NCBI GenBank assembly: GCA_964035545.1 | Contig: OZ037773.1 | Span: 10,135,751 to 10,199,750, forward strand | Direction of reading: 5' to 3' | DNA length: 64,000 bases | Source: Bugula neritina | Lineage: Eukaryota > Animalia > Bryozoa | Shown here: in pieces, positions 42,962 through 57,027 of the stretch | Layout: each line of letters starts with the position of its first letter | How positions within the stretch are numbered: the first letter of the stretch is position 1 | Notes under the pieces: generated by a model | The model's input: only the letters and a program-made list of their open reading frames with translations | What the model was told of the DNA's origin: nothing | Database searches by the model: none | Made by a program: the position numbers and the translations under genes

Positions 42962-44755
42962 ATGGGTAAGTCCAATGTAAACACCTTTCTTTAAGAAATG
43001 CTGCAAATTATACACTAAATTATAGCACTATATTATAGCTGTGCTAAAGCATTTATACATAATAGAAATGTTTTTAGTTATATTTGCTATAAGCTGAGCC
43101 TTCTTACTGTATATTTTTACTTTCAGATTCAAAGATTTTGCTTACTCTCGGACTCGTGGTTATCTTAGGTAAGTCTTTCAAATTAAAACATAAACTTTGA
43201 TTTTTTTACAATTTACTTGATTTATGTAAAACCTTAATAAAACATTCACACTTTATATTGAATTCATAAATCATTGACTGCATAATTTGTTTGTAATTGT
43301 CTTTCCAATAAAACGTAGAAATCTCACTGAGTATAAAGTTATTTTACTAAATTATGTGGGAATGTTTTTTATTCAGGATGTGTCAACGCATCTTATAACA
43401 CCAAAAGCTACAACACCCACAACAATGTTCACAACAACGGCTACAACACCCACAACAATGTTCACAACAACCGCTACAACACCCACCATGCCCAAAGGCA
43501 ATGTAAGTACACATATTTCTTAAAATGATCATCTGAATTGAGTTTTTGGTAAATTGGCTTTTTAAAAATCAATTTTAATAACAATTCGACATATCAAAAA
43601 TATATTACTGATGTATTACTATTTCCATATAAATATATAAAAGCAATTATCTTCATGTTTCAAATCTGCTATAAAATTTAAAAACTTATAATTGTAAGCA
43701 AACAGTGCCACCTTCAATAAAATATTTTATACGAGTTTGAGCAAAACAAAACAGTATTTTACAAAATAAAATGAAAAAATATTAAATTGATGCAGGTTTA
43801 AATTGTATTTATTCCAATCGATTTTATTTTGTGTTTTTCTTTGTTACTTGATAAATGTATATATCTGAATGTTTGATCTGTAAAGCATATTATTAATTTT
43901 GTAAATTTTTCAACAAATTAAAATTCTAATAAAACTAATGTTATCTCAATTGTAGACACGACAAAGCAGTGGTCACAATGGGGATACTGGAGCTCCTGCA
44001 CAAAGACTTGCGGTGGCGGTGAAATGAGAAGACACAGAACCTGTGAAACTAAGACACATTACGGGGCTGGTTACTCAACCTCCCACGGTTGTAGAGGCAG
44101 TTCTTACGCAAGGAGGAGATGCAACACTCACCGATGCCCATGTAAGCTCTCAAAAACAAAATTTAGCAGCCGTTAATTTGTGTCCTTCCAGTAATTCATG
44201 GCTATTTTTTATAATTATTTCATGTTTTTTAGCTTTTTTATAAAAAACAGTATCGAGGTTTTGTATAATATAGTCCAATATGGTCTGTGTTTTTGCTTCT
44301 TTGCATGGAAATATTTACTAATTACTAATTACTAATTACTATTACTAATTGAAATGGCAATTATTTTCGCATTACTTTTAAAAGCTGCAAATAAGTTCCA
44401 CATTTGTATTTTATTCAATTAATTTTTCTTTTTAGATGTCCCAAGCTATAGCCACCATGCCACACCAAGCTACAACAAACATGTCTCACGACCTTACACC
44501 AGACATGCCACACCCACTTACAACAGACACGCCCCACAATCTTACAACAGACATGCCACACCCACTTACAACAGACATGCCACACCCACTTACACCAGAC
44601 ATGCCACACGATCTTACACCAGACATGCCACACGACCTTACACCAGACACACCCCACGACGTTACAGCACTCATGTCAGACGAAGCCATAGCCGACCAGC
44701 ACCAACCCACTACAACACTAAACCCAGATACCACCAACGCTCATCAAGCTATTAA
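42962..44755 (+). CDS. Secreted protein, 225 aa: Asn/His repeats, single TSR, Tyr-x-x-His octapeptide array; exons 42962..42965, 43127..43168, 43377..43502, 43956..44141, 44436..44755
   Basis: MDSKILLTLGLVVILGCVNA-SYNTKS(YNTHNNVHNNx)2[39 protein letters not shown]...CNTHRCP-YVPS YSHHATPS YNKHVSRP YTRHATPT YNRHAPQS YNRHATPT...YHQRSSSY*; phase-1 splicing fixes the frame. Confidence 0.88.
44447..44686 (+). repeat. Coding 24-bp tandem repeat, about 10 units (consensus TACAMCAGACATGCCACACCCACT)
   Basis: Visible 24-bp periodicity encoding Y(N/T)RHATP(T/S). Confidence 0.9.
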
Positions 44756-46089
44756 GCCCAGACATTTTGCAAACTCTGCCGAGTTTCAAAATTTCCAAAA
44801 CGATAACGGATTGTCTTAGCCTATTACCTATTGAAATATTGCTAGTTGTTACTTTAAAAGTTTAGTTCTTGTTATGTTTTTGTTAATGTTGTTTTTTAGC
44901 GGTAATTAGAAAATGTTGTTACTTTCTTTTCCTACAATACAAATATCTATAATATGCATTCAAATTAGAAAGTTTCAATTCTTCTTTGACAGAACTCCAA
45001 AAACTAGAATTCATACAAATCTCAGTATAGTCTTTAGTCAACAATTCTGCTTATTATACTCACTTGCATTCTAACTTAAGAAGCAAATCACTATATTTAC
45101 ATTGAACTTCTCATAAACTTTTCACTATAAAAATACATGGGCTGCCCTTTAGTATTTTGACAATATAGCAAGATTAGTTTCAGTAGGAGTTGTCATATCA
45201 CATTGATACTCTGTCTATTCAATTGGTTGTATGCATGCAACATCACAAAGTGCTACTGAGAACTCTTTCACTCAATAAACAAATATTAGTTGAGACATAT
45301 ACTTTAATTAGGAAGTCGTATATAAGTTGTGATTCTCAAAACTGAAAACTTTTATCATCTTTTTTACCATTTTGTAAATAAACATTCAGCAATGAATTGA
45401 CAGCTGCAGGTACCTAAGGCACAACTTCACTTTGGTACCAGGAAGTTTTCCCAATTCATTCCGGTGTTAATTTTAATGCTTTTATTAAGCCAAAAACTAA
45501 TGTCAAAAAATGTGCTTAGAACCAATTGTGATCATAAATTATACTATGGGTCATAAATTTAAAATATAAAAATCGTCTTATGTAACCTTTTTCCATCACC
45601 AAATTTTAATCACTATTTTCATGGTAACACAACTTCTACCTATTAAGTAGTATTTTGCTTGTTCATTTGAAAAGAAGCAGTTTTTACTGCCAGCAAGAAT
45701 AGTTTCACAGAACTTGAACAGAATACATGCAGAATTTATTTGTGTGGCATCAGTAATTAACTGGATATGGTATTCCCATCTAAACTAACCGATTTAACTC
45801 TTCCAAAAGCAAAAATTTATAAAAAAACTGCATATCTTTTAATTATAGAACCAAGAATAGTTTTTAGTGTTTTCCTAGCACCTAATAATGATTTCTAAAG
45901 TCGTTCTGTGATGCTTTGTGTATTAAGTTACATCATCACAATTATAGACTCGATATTTGACTTGATATTTCAACAATATGGGGAGAGAATTTAGAGCAGC
46001 TTTCCATATCTATAGCAGAGACACAAATTAACGAGCTTTTAAACAAATGCTACTAATTTTTAACTTTCATAATCAATGATAGCTTAGAG

Positions 46090-46439
46090 CAAGGCTGTCA
46101 AACAGGCAGCCCCAGAGCCGGATGTGGTCCCCCAGTTTAAATTTATGTGGCCCTCAAAGGCATAATACTAAAATTACTTTTCACACTATACATTATTTAG
46201 AGTGTAAAACCACTTTTTTAATGTCTCATTAATTATACATGCACATGCTATAAAACATGCAGCCTGCAGTAACTTAATTGCGTAATAAGTCATAAGAAAT
46301 TGAAATAAAATAATTAGAAAATTACTGATATATTGTGCCCCCCCCCCCCCCCCAGCACAAGCTAAAGTTTAAAATGTGGCCTTCAGCATGAAATATTCCC
46401 TTTCAGTGGCCCTTACTCTGAAAAAGTTGGGCAGCTCTG
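46090..46439. mobile_element. Non-autonomous hAT (Buster/Charlie-type) MITE, 350 bp
   Basis: Imperfect TIRs CAAGGCTGTCAAAC / GTTGGGCAGCTCTG; identical 8-bp TSD GCTTAGAG at 46082-46089 and 46440-46447 with a central TA; internal TGGCCC motifs. Confidence 0.85.
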
Positions 46440-49400
46440 GCTTAGAGCACTTTTACTGATCACCTATAGAGTGTGTTACATATACATGTTTATACATATA
46501 CATGTATATATAATATGATTTAAAAAAAGGAAATTAATTATATTGATAAATGCATATGCCTGTATTTAGACATACGACCACAAATCACATTGTTATGGCG
46601 AATCAAAGTCTAGATGAAAGGAGCTAATGCTAAAGCTAAAAATAGCCAGTGCCCGATTGGCTTATTATGACAGATAAAACTTAATGTCAAAGGCTATCCA
46701 TCAATGACACACTTTTCATAGTAGGATATCACGTGACACATAGTTGGCATTAGTTAACAGTACTAACTTCAAATACTCAGTATCAACCATACATTAAGTT
46801 TAAACTACATTGTAACAATTTAATGTTTTTTTTAATTTCCTTTTTTTTCATCTTAGTATATATAACCAACAAAAATGTCAGTATATATAGATGGTATAGT
46901 TTTGTTGCAGCTAAAATGATGTTATGCAGTTACATATTACAAACTATCACTATTTTATATTTTGCACAAAAGCAGTATAATGTCAACGCAAACAACTTTG
47001 CACAAGGCTTAGTGAAATGCACTTTGTCACAACTCCATATGTTGGATGGCAAGCAACCCAAATCTCAGCTGAGGTATTTTTAACACAAAACCATTTCCTT
47101 AAAAGCTGTAAAGCATTTTCTTATCATTTTTTAAACAACACAAAATTATAAAAAATCTTTTTAAACTTTACCACAGCCCAAAGATGTTGATCCATTTTGC
47201 TAACTTAGGTAATAGCAGCATATACTTGTGACACAAACAGCTAGTGATTAGTGATAATTTACTGGATACATATGCTGTTGTGGCTTATATTATTATATAA
47301 TTATTACTATAATATGCTTGGTTTGCATCATGAGATGAAGATGTCAAAATATACGTATCAGGCCATTTCTATGTCCTATAGACCTTATGCTATATGACCG
47401 AATTTTGCATAGTCTTAAAAACTATCTGAGAAACTTCTCTCTCATGGTTCTCAGGCTATTGGTAAACCACCAGAATCTAACTTCCTAGCAATTACCAAGG
47501 ATTGCACATGCTTGGTTTGTCAATAGCAAACAATAAACCAATTAATAACCAACATATATACTTTGTGCACTTCCACATTTTTAGGAAATGTGGAATCATC
47601 ACTCAATTGTTTGTAGAATGATGAATATGTCGGCCACCGGTATATCCTGAAATAGTATCAGTGGTTGCTGAGCTTTGCCACTTCAGGTGCAATATTTTAT
47701 ATTTTTCATTTTCCATAGCAGTATTTTATTATGTTTTTGTTTGTATAGCAGCATTGCAAAATATGTTTGCTTGTTTAATAACATTATATATAAATATTTT
47801 GTTCAGAATTTATACTATGTATGGTAAACTTTGATATAACATGCATGCAGATACTTTTTTAAAAAAAACATTATGAATATTTCAAAATTTGATGGCTTTT
47901 CTGAAGATTCTTTCTAATATATTACTTAATTTAAACCTTGATTCACCTACATTTTAGAGAACGTTTTCAAAGTTTGTCTACTTGGAATTATTGCAACAAG
48001 TTCCAGCTATAGTATCAGTTGTAAATGTAATTATTTTGCCGGTTTTTGTAATTTATTTTAACTTTTGGAAACAGGTTGTGGAAGTCTGAAAGAAAATATA
48101 ATTGACAGTTATTTGCCTGAAATACCACAAAAAATAAATTTTGCTAAAATTATTTCCTAAATTAGGAATATTAGGCACCGGGTATTATAATAGATTGATA
48201 TAATGTATAATTGCATTTCAATGGAAAACTGAAATTTTGGGTCACAAGCTGCTGCTTGATGATAGGCATTTCCTGATTGGCTGGTGATTTATATGCATTC
48301 TCCATGATAAAATCTCAAGTATAATTGGCAAGGTAAATAAGATACCCGCTTTGATAATAGAAGGAGACATGCAGACTGAAAATTGCAGATAAATCCAAGT
48401 AGTCAAATTTACTGATTGCTTCGACTGATAAACTTTCTGATCATTCTTTCGGCACTTTACAAATGATTTATCATTTATCATATATATTTTTCCTCAAATC
48501 TATTTTTTTCAACAAAAACAATGTTTAAAGTAAATTTTGAATGATGTCCTGATAAGGTAAATGGCGTGGTTTTCAAATTCAACACTATTTTATAATAGAC
48601 ATTTATTTATCACAGGAAAAGGGTTATCTATAAGCTCATAGCTTCACAAAATACGGAATATTATTTGCAAGCTTAGAAAGCCTTAATTATTTTATAGCTC
48701 AAAAATATTACTGATATTTGCACAAACAATTTTAATTTGCCACTAACAATTGTTTGCCTGTATTCAACCTTGCTTTTCAGAATAGTTTTTATAAACTTCT
48801 GAAACTTGTCAAATTGAATGAGATAAAAAAATTAATCAGTTATTTAACGTTTTAGATTTTCTAAAACATCTGCGAAAGTTTAAAATTAATAAATTTGTTT
48901 TGAAATTATAAGCAATACATATTCATATTTGAAGCAACAAATTTGTAAAAAAATGTTGGTTATCACTTTCAGCTTGAAGACTGAATAGATTGCTATGGCC
49001 ACAAATTCTGTAAAACATCCTTACTCTGTTCATATAAACACTTATTTGGTTTTGAATACTATTATGACAAATTCTTAGTCTTAGTCTCAGCTGAAAACTA
49101 TTCAAACAGTTGAAGAGCTTGAAATATTTTTGAGCTACTAAATTTGGAACCTATTTTTCAAAATCATCAATAATAATTCCATTTTATTTTTAATGCACCA
49201 TTTTATTGCTGTTTTTATACAGTTGTTATTTGAAGTGTTACTAAATGGTGCAGTACACGTATCACAATTTTTGCAAAGTCACGTACCTGTTACTACCTGT
49301 CACAGCGTGCTTGACACTAACCTTTAAGATCGTGCCAAGACACCACAACATTCATCACTAAATTTCAATATACCTATTTCATCAAAATATTTGAAGGATG

Positions 49401-50876
49401 ATCAAGTGTTATTTATTACCTGTCTATTAATTTTATGGTGTCATTAACCTGGCATGGAATAGCATATTATTTCTGTGGCTGAAAGCCCTATTTTGGTTAT
49501 GAAATTTTATTCTATAGTCTGCAATACATAACTTTTAAACAAAGTTTTTGAACTAAAAATTTCATTTGCAGCTTGTACCTAGTCGATCTGTAATTATAAG
49601 TTGAATTAGTGTAAAATTGAAACAGCAGCTAGACGTGGACAAAAGAGGCAGGGACACAGACTGTAATGGATGTAATGGATTGGCTGTAGTATTCAGTCAA
49701 ATACATGTTAATATATTTCTAATTACACAATATTACATTCAATTCATTACACAGATTAGATGCAGATATGGCTATAGAGTCGCATGAAATTAGAACAAGC
49801 TGCATCAACATGCTGCTAGAATAACAGTGACTTTGTATTCAGAGCTTTAATCTAAACTACTGCTGCCGCTGCTGCTACTGCTCTTATCCAATCATAAGCA
49901 CCGCGAGTCATATATAAGTACATCTCTTTTTATTGGAGTACTAAATACTCCTAATTTGTACATTGCATTGCATTCAGCAACATTTGCTGCAAGTTGTTGC
50001 CAAAATAAATTCTATTGTCCATCAATATTGAAAAAAAAGTCGTTAGTACAAAAAATGTCTTAGAAAGATCAGGAAAGCTGCTTTTGAGTGCACTTTAACT
50101 AAGAGCATACTTTATAATAAATTAAATTTGGTGAAGCACCAAAAATATTAATTATCTCCACTTACTGCTTATGGAAATTTCCCTCAACTTTCATCTGAGT
50201 AACTGTGCCACTATTCCTGTGGGTAATGTTTACTTGATTATATGTTGTCTATAAACTTGACCAGCTCTTATAGAAAATTGTGGAAAAAGACTTTCAGAAA
50301 GACAAAGAATAATTGCTTATTTTCCATCTTTAAAATTATTGACCAACGTGTTATAAATTTTGCATTTTGATAAATAATATAGTATATAGCTGTGTTAATC
50401 TAATCTTCACAATCATATGCCACATAGGTTATTAATGTTTCCTTCAATAATGTGTCAAATGTTTTTATAAATAAACTTGAAGCAAACTTTTTGTATTTTA
50501 AGTGCCATTGCTTAGGATTTTATATTGTTAAGTTAGAGTGTTAACTAAAAACTTAACTAAATGAAATCATTTATACATTTTTATGTCAGAATGTAGTATT
50601 ATAATACAATACAATATTACATATATGTAATATTGTATTTTTATGTGAAATAAATTTGCCTCCATTAGAATATTCAAATCTTCTGCTAAATCTCTGCACA
50701 CAATACGAGCTACAAAGTCACATGTTGATACTCATCTTGTAGCTGATAGATATGATGTCCATCAGGTAATGGCTTTGTTGTTTGCTGGAATAAAATATTG
50801 CATATTGATGCAAATTAGTTGCAGTGCATTAAATAGACCCGAAGTAATGGTAGTGTTTTTATGGAGATAAACTAAT

Positions 50877-51060
50877 AGACCATAGGCACATTGGACCATT
50901 GGTGCACTATACCACTGGTATACTGGACCACTGGTACACTGGGCCACTGGTACACTGGACCACTGGTACATTAGACCATTGGGCACTGACACACTTATAG
51001 ACCACTGGTATGCTATAAGACCAGCTGGTACACTAGACCATTGGTACACTGGGCCACTGT
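50877..51060. repeat. 16-bp minisatellite (GGACCACTGGTACACT), about 10 degenerate units
   Basis: Direct periodicity visible; a short GGTGGTGTATT-type repeat follows at ~51168-51240. Confidence 0.85.
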
Positions 51061-51818
51061 TAAACTGGTCTACTAGCTTGTGTGTTAACTAGACCCTCCT
51101 TTACTTGGCTCCCATGCTACGTTACTGCATAACCATTTAGCTGTGTCACTGGAGCTGCAAGTGCATGTGGTGGTGTATTGGTGATGTATTAAGGTAGTGT
51201 ATATTAGTGATGTATTGGTGGTGTATTGGTGGTTTGTTGGCATGTCACACTAACGCAGAATGATTGGCTCTTTATATGAATATGTATATTGAATTTCCAC
51301 ATTATATCTTTCAATCAATTCTTGTCACCACACACTATTTGTTTGTCTCATGAGTAGAAAACTCTTAATAATAAAAGCTTAAAGTTTCTTATTCAGCTAA
51401 TTTATTTTAAAATCAATCAGTAGGGAACATGCAAGGATTTTTCCCCCCTTGATTTTAATTTTTATCAAAGGAAAGCCTATAACAGAAAGATAAATACTGC
51501 AACTCAAGTTTTTTTTGGTAGAGATGTCAACATAATTCAACAGCTACATTTTTATTATCCAATAACAATGTATATAGCTTTATATATTAAGCTATAATCT
51601 AAAACATCAGCATTGTTCACTAAACATGCATATCTTAGAATCACACAAGTAAAATTTACAGTTCTATAAATTTCATGGCAAAAAATTGTATTGTAAGTGT
51701 AAAGGAATTGGCAATCTTAGCAACTTCATTGATTGTTTATTTAAAATTTATTTAAAAGCACTACCATGCATGTCTACTAAGGCAGGTACTGTGAAATTTT
51801 GAAAACATTTTCAGCTGT

Positions 51819-54800
51819 TTATATCTTAGTCAACAATATCCACAAAACCAGAACGTAACATAAGCCAGCTGTCTTGGTAACTCCACTGTTGGGTGCAGGT
51901 GTTGCTGTTGGTGAAATGACCTCATCTTTTAGCCTTAAGATTTTCCTTGTGTTGTACATACGAGACGAGACATCCATTTGTCCTTCCCCAAATTCATAGA
52001 AATATTGTCTAGACTTTGAATAAGGTTTCCATATAATCTCAGAGCTATTGGTGACAGGGTGCCTATATATAAAGTAAGAGTATTTTATTAATTCCTAATC
52101 AAGCAATTTTGGGGAAGACAACTTCTATATTTGAAAGTGCTCCTAACAATATTTTTATAACAATTGGTTAGATTATTTTATATCATATTCAATTAAATTA
52201 AACTAAATTTAAGGTAATTTTAGGTGGTCTACATATGAGTAAGGTATTGAAGCAATATGAAAAGCTTTGATGGGTTGTGTTTTAACAATAGCTGAATAAT
52301 ATCTTTGCAAACTATTGTAAGCTTTCGTCTTGCCTAATTGTAGCACAAAACAGATAAAATATAACTGCAGTATTTGTATTTATTAACTTACTTCAGATTA
52401 TGGTGGGCTATACAAATATTTATGATAGTTTAATTCTACTTAGTCGCAGTAAATCAGCTATAAGGGCTGAAATTATTAAACCTGAACTTCTGTACCAATT
52501 TGACCTCTCACCCCGTTCTAATAAAGTTGCCCCACGCCTCCATCATCTCGTCATTTAGTCCCACTTCTCGCTCAGTCATCTGATAATCTGGGAGATTGTA
52601 AAATGTTGGATGTTTGCCAAATACAAAAGTTCTCTCGTCTGTGTGCCTTGATCCACGAAACCTGCAGGAGAATTTCAAGCAGAAAGTTTCAAATTAGCTA
52701 AACTATCATAATATTATTAAAATAAACTTATAGCAGCATGGAAGGAGTATAATTATCAGCTGCTTTATGATGAATTAATATTCTTGCTAACATATTGCAG
52801 ATCGAGCTGAAAATGTGTTTGAAATTCTTGAATGGAATACAAAAATATTTTTATTCGCTCACTAAATAGTATATCAATATTATAATACTTGTTTAATTAG
52901 CCATTTATTTTTCGTGTCTGAAATTATTTACAGCAACTACATTATATCTAGTAGGTTCAGGCAAACCTGAGCCTAACTACCAGAAAAGAGTTGTGAACAC
53001 TCCAACAGATAACAAAGTTAAGTTGACATATAATCATGGATCAGGTGATGAGACCCGTGTGACCACAGATTATGTATAAAAGCTAGGACATAGTGACATG
53101 ACTCACCAGGAGGGATTCTTACTCTGAGAGTCGTGAGTCTCGTAGGTAAATGTGTACATGTAGGTGGAGGTGGTGCTCTGCTCGGAGTGACTGTCTAGCA
53201 GGGCTATGGTCGGCGCTCTAAACAGCATATCCGAGAAGATATTGAGGATAATTCCGGCTACCTCTGGCGAGGGATCACTGCTCAATGCGACGTCTCTGAA
53301 GTAAATGTCCTTAACATTGTCCTTGACACGCTCATATGAGTTGGGGAAGTAACTCCGCAGGTATTCGTTGAGGAACTGTTCAGCCATGTATTGGTTTGCC
53401 CCCTCCTCGATGGTGAACCCCTGGGCTCTAGCTAGTCTGTTTAGGTAGGTGAGTATCAAACTACCCTCCTGGGTGTTGAACCCTCCCAGGTAGTCGTAGG
53501 ATTGGAACTTGGAAATTATCTTCTCTCTTACAGCAGCTGAAACATTGTAACAGTCTCTTATCAAGATTATAAGTGGATAATAAAAGTTGATATAAAAAGA
53601 GCAACAAACTATATTGATTAGTTTAAAGAATTTTCTAAATTATATTTACATCAGCTTGAATACCAACAGCTTTCCTATGAGACATTTAGCAGAGTCATTA
53701 AATTTAGGCGACACGAACAAATCAGCGCAACTAGCCTCACTTTGCATAATATTACAGTGAAAAAATGAAAAATAATTTTTTTATTATTTATAATATTAGA
53801 CACGTGCAACTATATATAAACAAGGGAGAAGGGCAAATAACTGAAAATCGTTTACAGTCTAATTGACTTCAAAATCTTCATTCACGTTAAAGCAAAACAA
53901 AGTGATTCATTAGCATGCAAATTTATTCAAGTACATTGAGACACAATATATTGCATATATAATATCTTGTCAAATTGCAACTAACTCATGAACAGATAAC
54001 TCTTACCATCAATCTCTTCTCCTTTCCTGAAATATCTCCAGACTTCAAACAAGTCAGTTTTAATGATCTCATTCTCATAGAAAGGAGCGTAGAAATACAA
54101 CGTTGGGAATGTTCCCAGTAGATCAGCAGATAGCTTCCTTGCATACTCATCAACCTTCACTGCATCTTTCTTTAACAATTATTATTAAACAATATAAATT
54201 TTATCATGAAAAGTCAAGTATAAAGTGAATGTTTCTATAGCTGTTGATTATTCAAATAGAAAATGAAAGATTTATATAGCTTAAATAATTGTTAATGTTA
54301 TAGTTTTTGTTGTTACTATTAACAATACCATAAATAAATTCTATATTTCACAATAGCATGCCATGCTTACTGTTGAGTAAATTAATCAGAATTCATTCTG
54401 TTTTACAGCTGCATGTAAACCCAATAAACATCTTATCACAATAATATATTGATAAAAGTTGTATTTGCTGAGGTATATACCAGCTTTAAAATTATTATGA
54501 TGTCACCATTTTCTATGAATTTGAGGAGTCGTCTTATTTTGTTAACGATTATTGTAATTAAGAGTTTTCCTTTACACTCAGTTACTAATCTTGAAATATA
54601 ATTTGACATTTTTTAATAGATGAACACTTAAATTTAGGTTACCACTTGAATTAGTGTTTACATAGAGATGGTTATAAAAGTGCTTTGTTTACCATGGAGT
54701 GTGAAAGACTAAAGTTATATGTTTAAAAACCTTAATGTTTCATTGAAATATTCCTAAAAAGTTATTTTGCGAAGTCAGTTGAATTTAGTTTTACAACTAT

Positions 54801-57027
54801 ATTGCACATGATAAAAAAGAAGACAACTGCACTATTTGTATCAAATTCTACTTTCAAGAGGAAGCAACTCCTATAACTCACCTCTCTGAGACAGTCCACA
54901 TCACTGCAACCAAACTCTTCTAATATTCGTTTCCTGACCGTTTCAGTCGGGGGACTGATGAGCTTTGGGCACAGGAAGTTTCCGCTGGCGCCAATTATCC
55001 GGTGAAAAAGGCCGGTGAACACGTCTGAGGTGGCCATCAGAGTGACTGCCATGCCACCTGCCGACCCTCCATATATGGTCACACGACTCTTGTCACCTCC
55101 AAAGCTTTCGATGTTGTTCTGGACCCACTCGAGGGCCAACTTCATATCCCAAAATGCAAAGTTGTCGACTAATCCGTCGCCATCGATATCAAAGTATCCC
55201 ATGATCCCGAGGCGGTAGTTGATGGTGACGACCAGGATATCCTGTCTAGCGGCCAAGAACCTTCCATCATACTCTGTAGCAGCTCCTCTGGAGTAACCTC
55301 CCCCGTGTATCCACACCAAAACAGCTTTCCTAGAACTGCTCTCAACTGAAATAATTATAGACATTATAGCGTTATACCAAGATATTGTACGTAAACTTAT
55401 TTCACTTATACGTGGTACTTCTCAGATTAGATTCTAAAATGTTAATGTTACCAACTTTATTTATGAGTATTTCATCAAAGCAAAGTGTGATACCCTTACA
55501 TGTCTCATTGTCATATATTCTATTTGAAAGTCTAAAAGAAGTACAGAAACAAAAAATATATATGATAACGCTTTCTGACAGGATTATATTGAACTCTTGA
55601 CCTATTTATGACCTTCTAGTCTACAGTTGTTGAATTTACAGTTACATAGACTTGAATCAAGCATGCATAAAATATTTATCTTCATTGAAGCAGCTAGTCT
55701 TACTGTACTAATCTGCTGCACATGGCATAAATCAATAACATGAAAAGCAATAATATTGCTGTTATGTCACTAAAAAATCATTTTGTCCTAATTTAATCAC
55801 TGTATTGAACTACTACTTGTCTATCATAACAATCTAGTAACACAAGATGATGATGACCATGAAAGTATACAGTATGTTATACTAACACAATAATTATGTT
55901 GTTGCAATGCATAGTGAAAAGCTTACATCTCTGCAATGTATTATGAATGCAATTAATATAATATAATATTACAGCTAGTCAATTACTCCAACCAACTTTC
56001 ACTTAAACTAAGAGAATATATAGTTAAGATAAAAAGTCACATTTGATAATCTTTACCTTGATATTAGCCATGAGATTGTGGTCCGATTTATGCATAAACG
56101 TAAAACGATGAATGCATATCATTCTAGCTGCACAATATTCAGTTTACTGATCAATGAAGGTCTGTGGAATAGTACACTGAAATGAAGAATACATGCAGAG
56201 AGCACATACCTGGAGCTCGAGAGTAAATATTCAGAGTCAAACAATCTTCTGAGTTATTGTAGTTAGCCCTAGTTCCAGCTGTAGTCTGAATACAGGAAGT
56301 TCCCATAGTCCCATCATTGCGGGTGACAAAGACATCCCCCCATGCTGGCACAGGCTGAGGTTTCTTCCATCTTCCAGTCCCTTGAAGTGAAACAGTTTAT
56401 TTGTTGTACAGAAAACATTTGGCTTCCACTCTGAAGTATAATTGATGTTATATAACTATATTATGCATTTTAAATATAATTGCATGATTAAAGAGATCAA
56501 TGTAATACAGAGCTAAAATCCTTAAAAAGATGCTGCCTTTATTACAAAAATCAGAAGCTGCCTGTTCACTAAATATAATTTTACATATCATGTCCAAAGT
56601 GGCATGAAACCACAAATACAAACTATTTGATGAAATAGAGCAATAAAATGAGTCATCTAAAGTAGCTGACAGCTACTATGCAATCAGCAGGTATAACTAT
56701 AGTCTAAGTGATGCAATCAGCAGGTATAACTCTTCCTATAAGTAACCATCAACAGACTCCAACCAAACAAACTATAAAATAAAGCTGGAGATAACTTGAC
56801 AGAAACATACCAGTGCTGGTAGGTGGCTGAGCGTAAGGAATACCGTAGAACCTAGCAACCTGCAGACTACTGTCAATATCTTCAGTGAAGCCCTGTATCC
56901 TCCCCTGTGGTGTATCAACAGTTACGGCAGCAATAGACTGAGTTGCAGCATAGTCTGCAGCAGCAAGAAGTGTGACTATCACTAGCCACCATTGCCTGCC
57001 CCTCAGCCTGAGGAAACCAATGCCCAT
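51819..57027 (-). CDS. Type-B carboxylesterase/cholinesterase-family hydrolase, ~612 aa, probably GPI-anchored; exons 57027..56811, 56380..56210, 55345..54882, 54169..54007, 53536..53107, 52661..52512, 52062..51819
   Basis: Signal peptide, FYGIPYAQPP, SEDCLTLNIY, VWIHGGGY oxyanion loop, NYRLG, FGGDKSRVTIYGGSAGG (Ser), GFNTQEG (Glu), GSRHTDE (His), WGNFIRTG, and C-terminal PNSG followed by a hydrophobic tail. Exon phases give one open frame. Confidence 0.93.

Noticed and set aside
43287-44819. Mucin-like TTPTTMF ORF and DMPHPLT repeat ORF
   Set aside because: Wrong frames; flanking splice sites and continuity with the signal peptide and TSR require the Asn/His and Tyr/His frames.
47605-49590. 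Possible minus-strand microexons (e.g. GYTGGRHIHHSTNN* near 47605-47647, VCMSPSIIKA near 48346-48375, ATEIICYSMP near 49449-49478)
   Set aside because: I could not find an ATGG first exon or a signal exon to link them; short AG...GT windows arise by chance in AT-rich DNA.
50762-51060. 95-aa ORF and CRISPR-like appearance of the 16-bp repeat
   Set aside because: It is a tandem minisatellite with no unique spacers, in a eukaryotic context with no cas genes.
51819-57027. Calling the esterase acetylcholinesterase or neuroligin
   Set aside because: It lacks the FGESAG motif and a recognisable choline-site Trp context; it retains a catalytic Ser and has no cytoplasmic tail.
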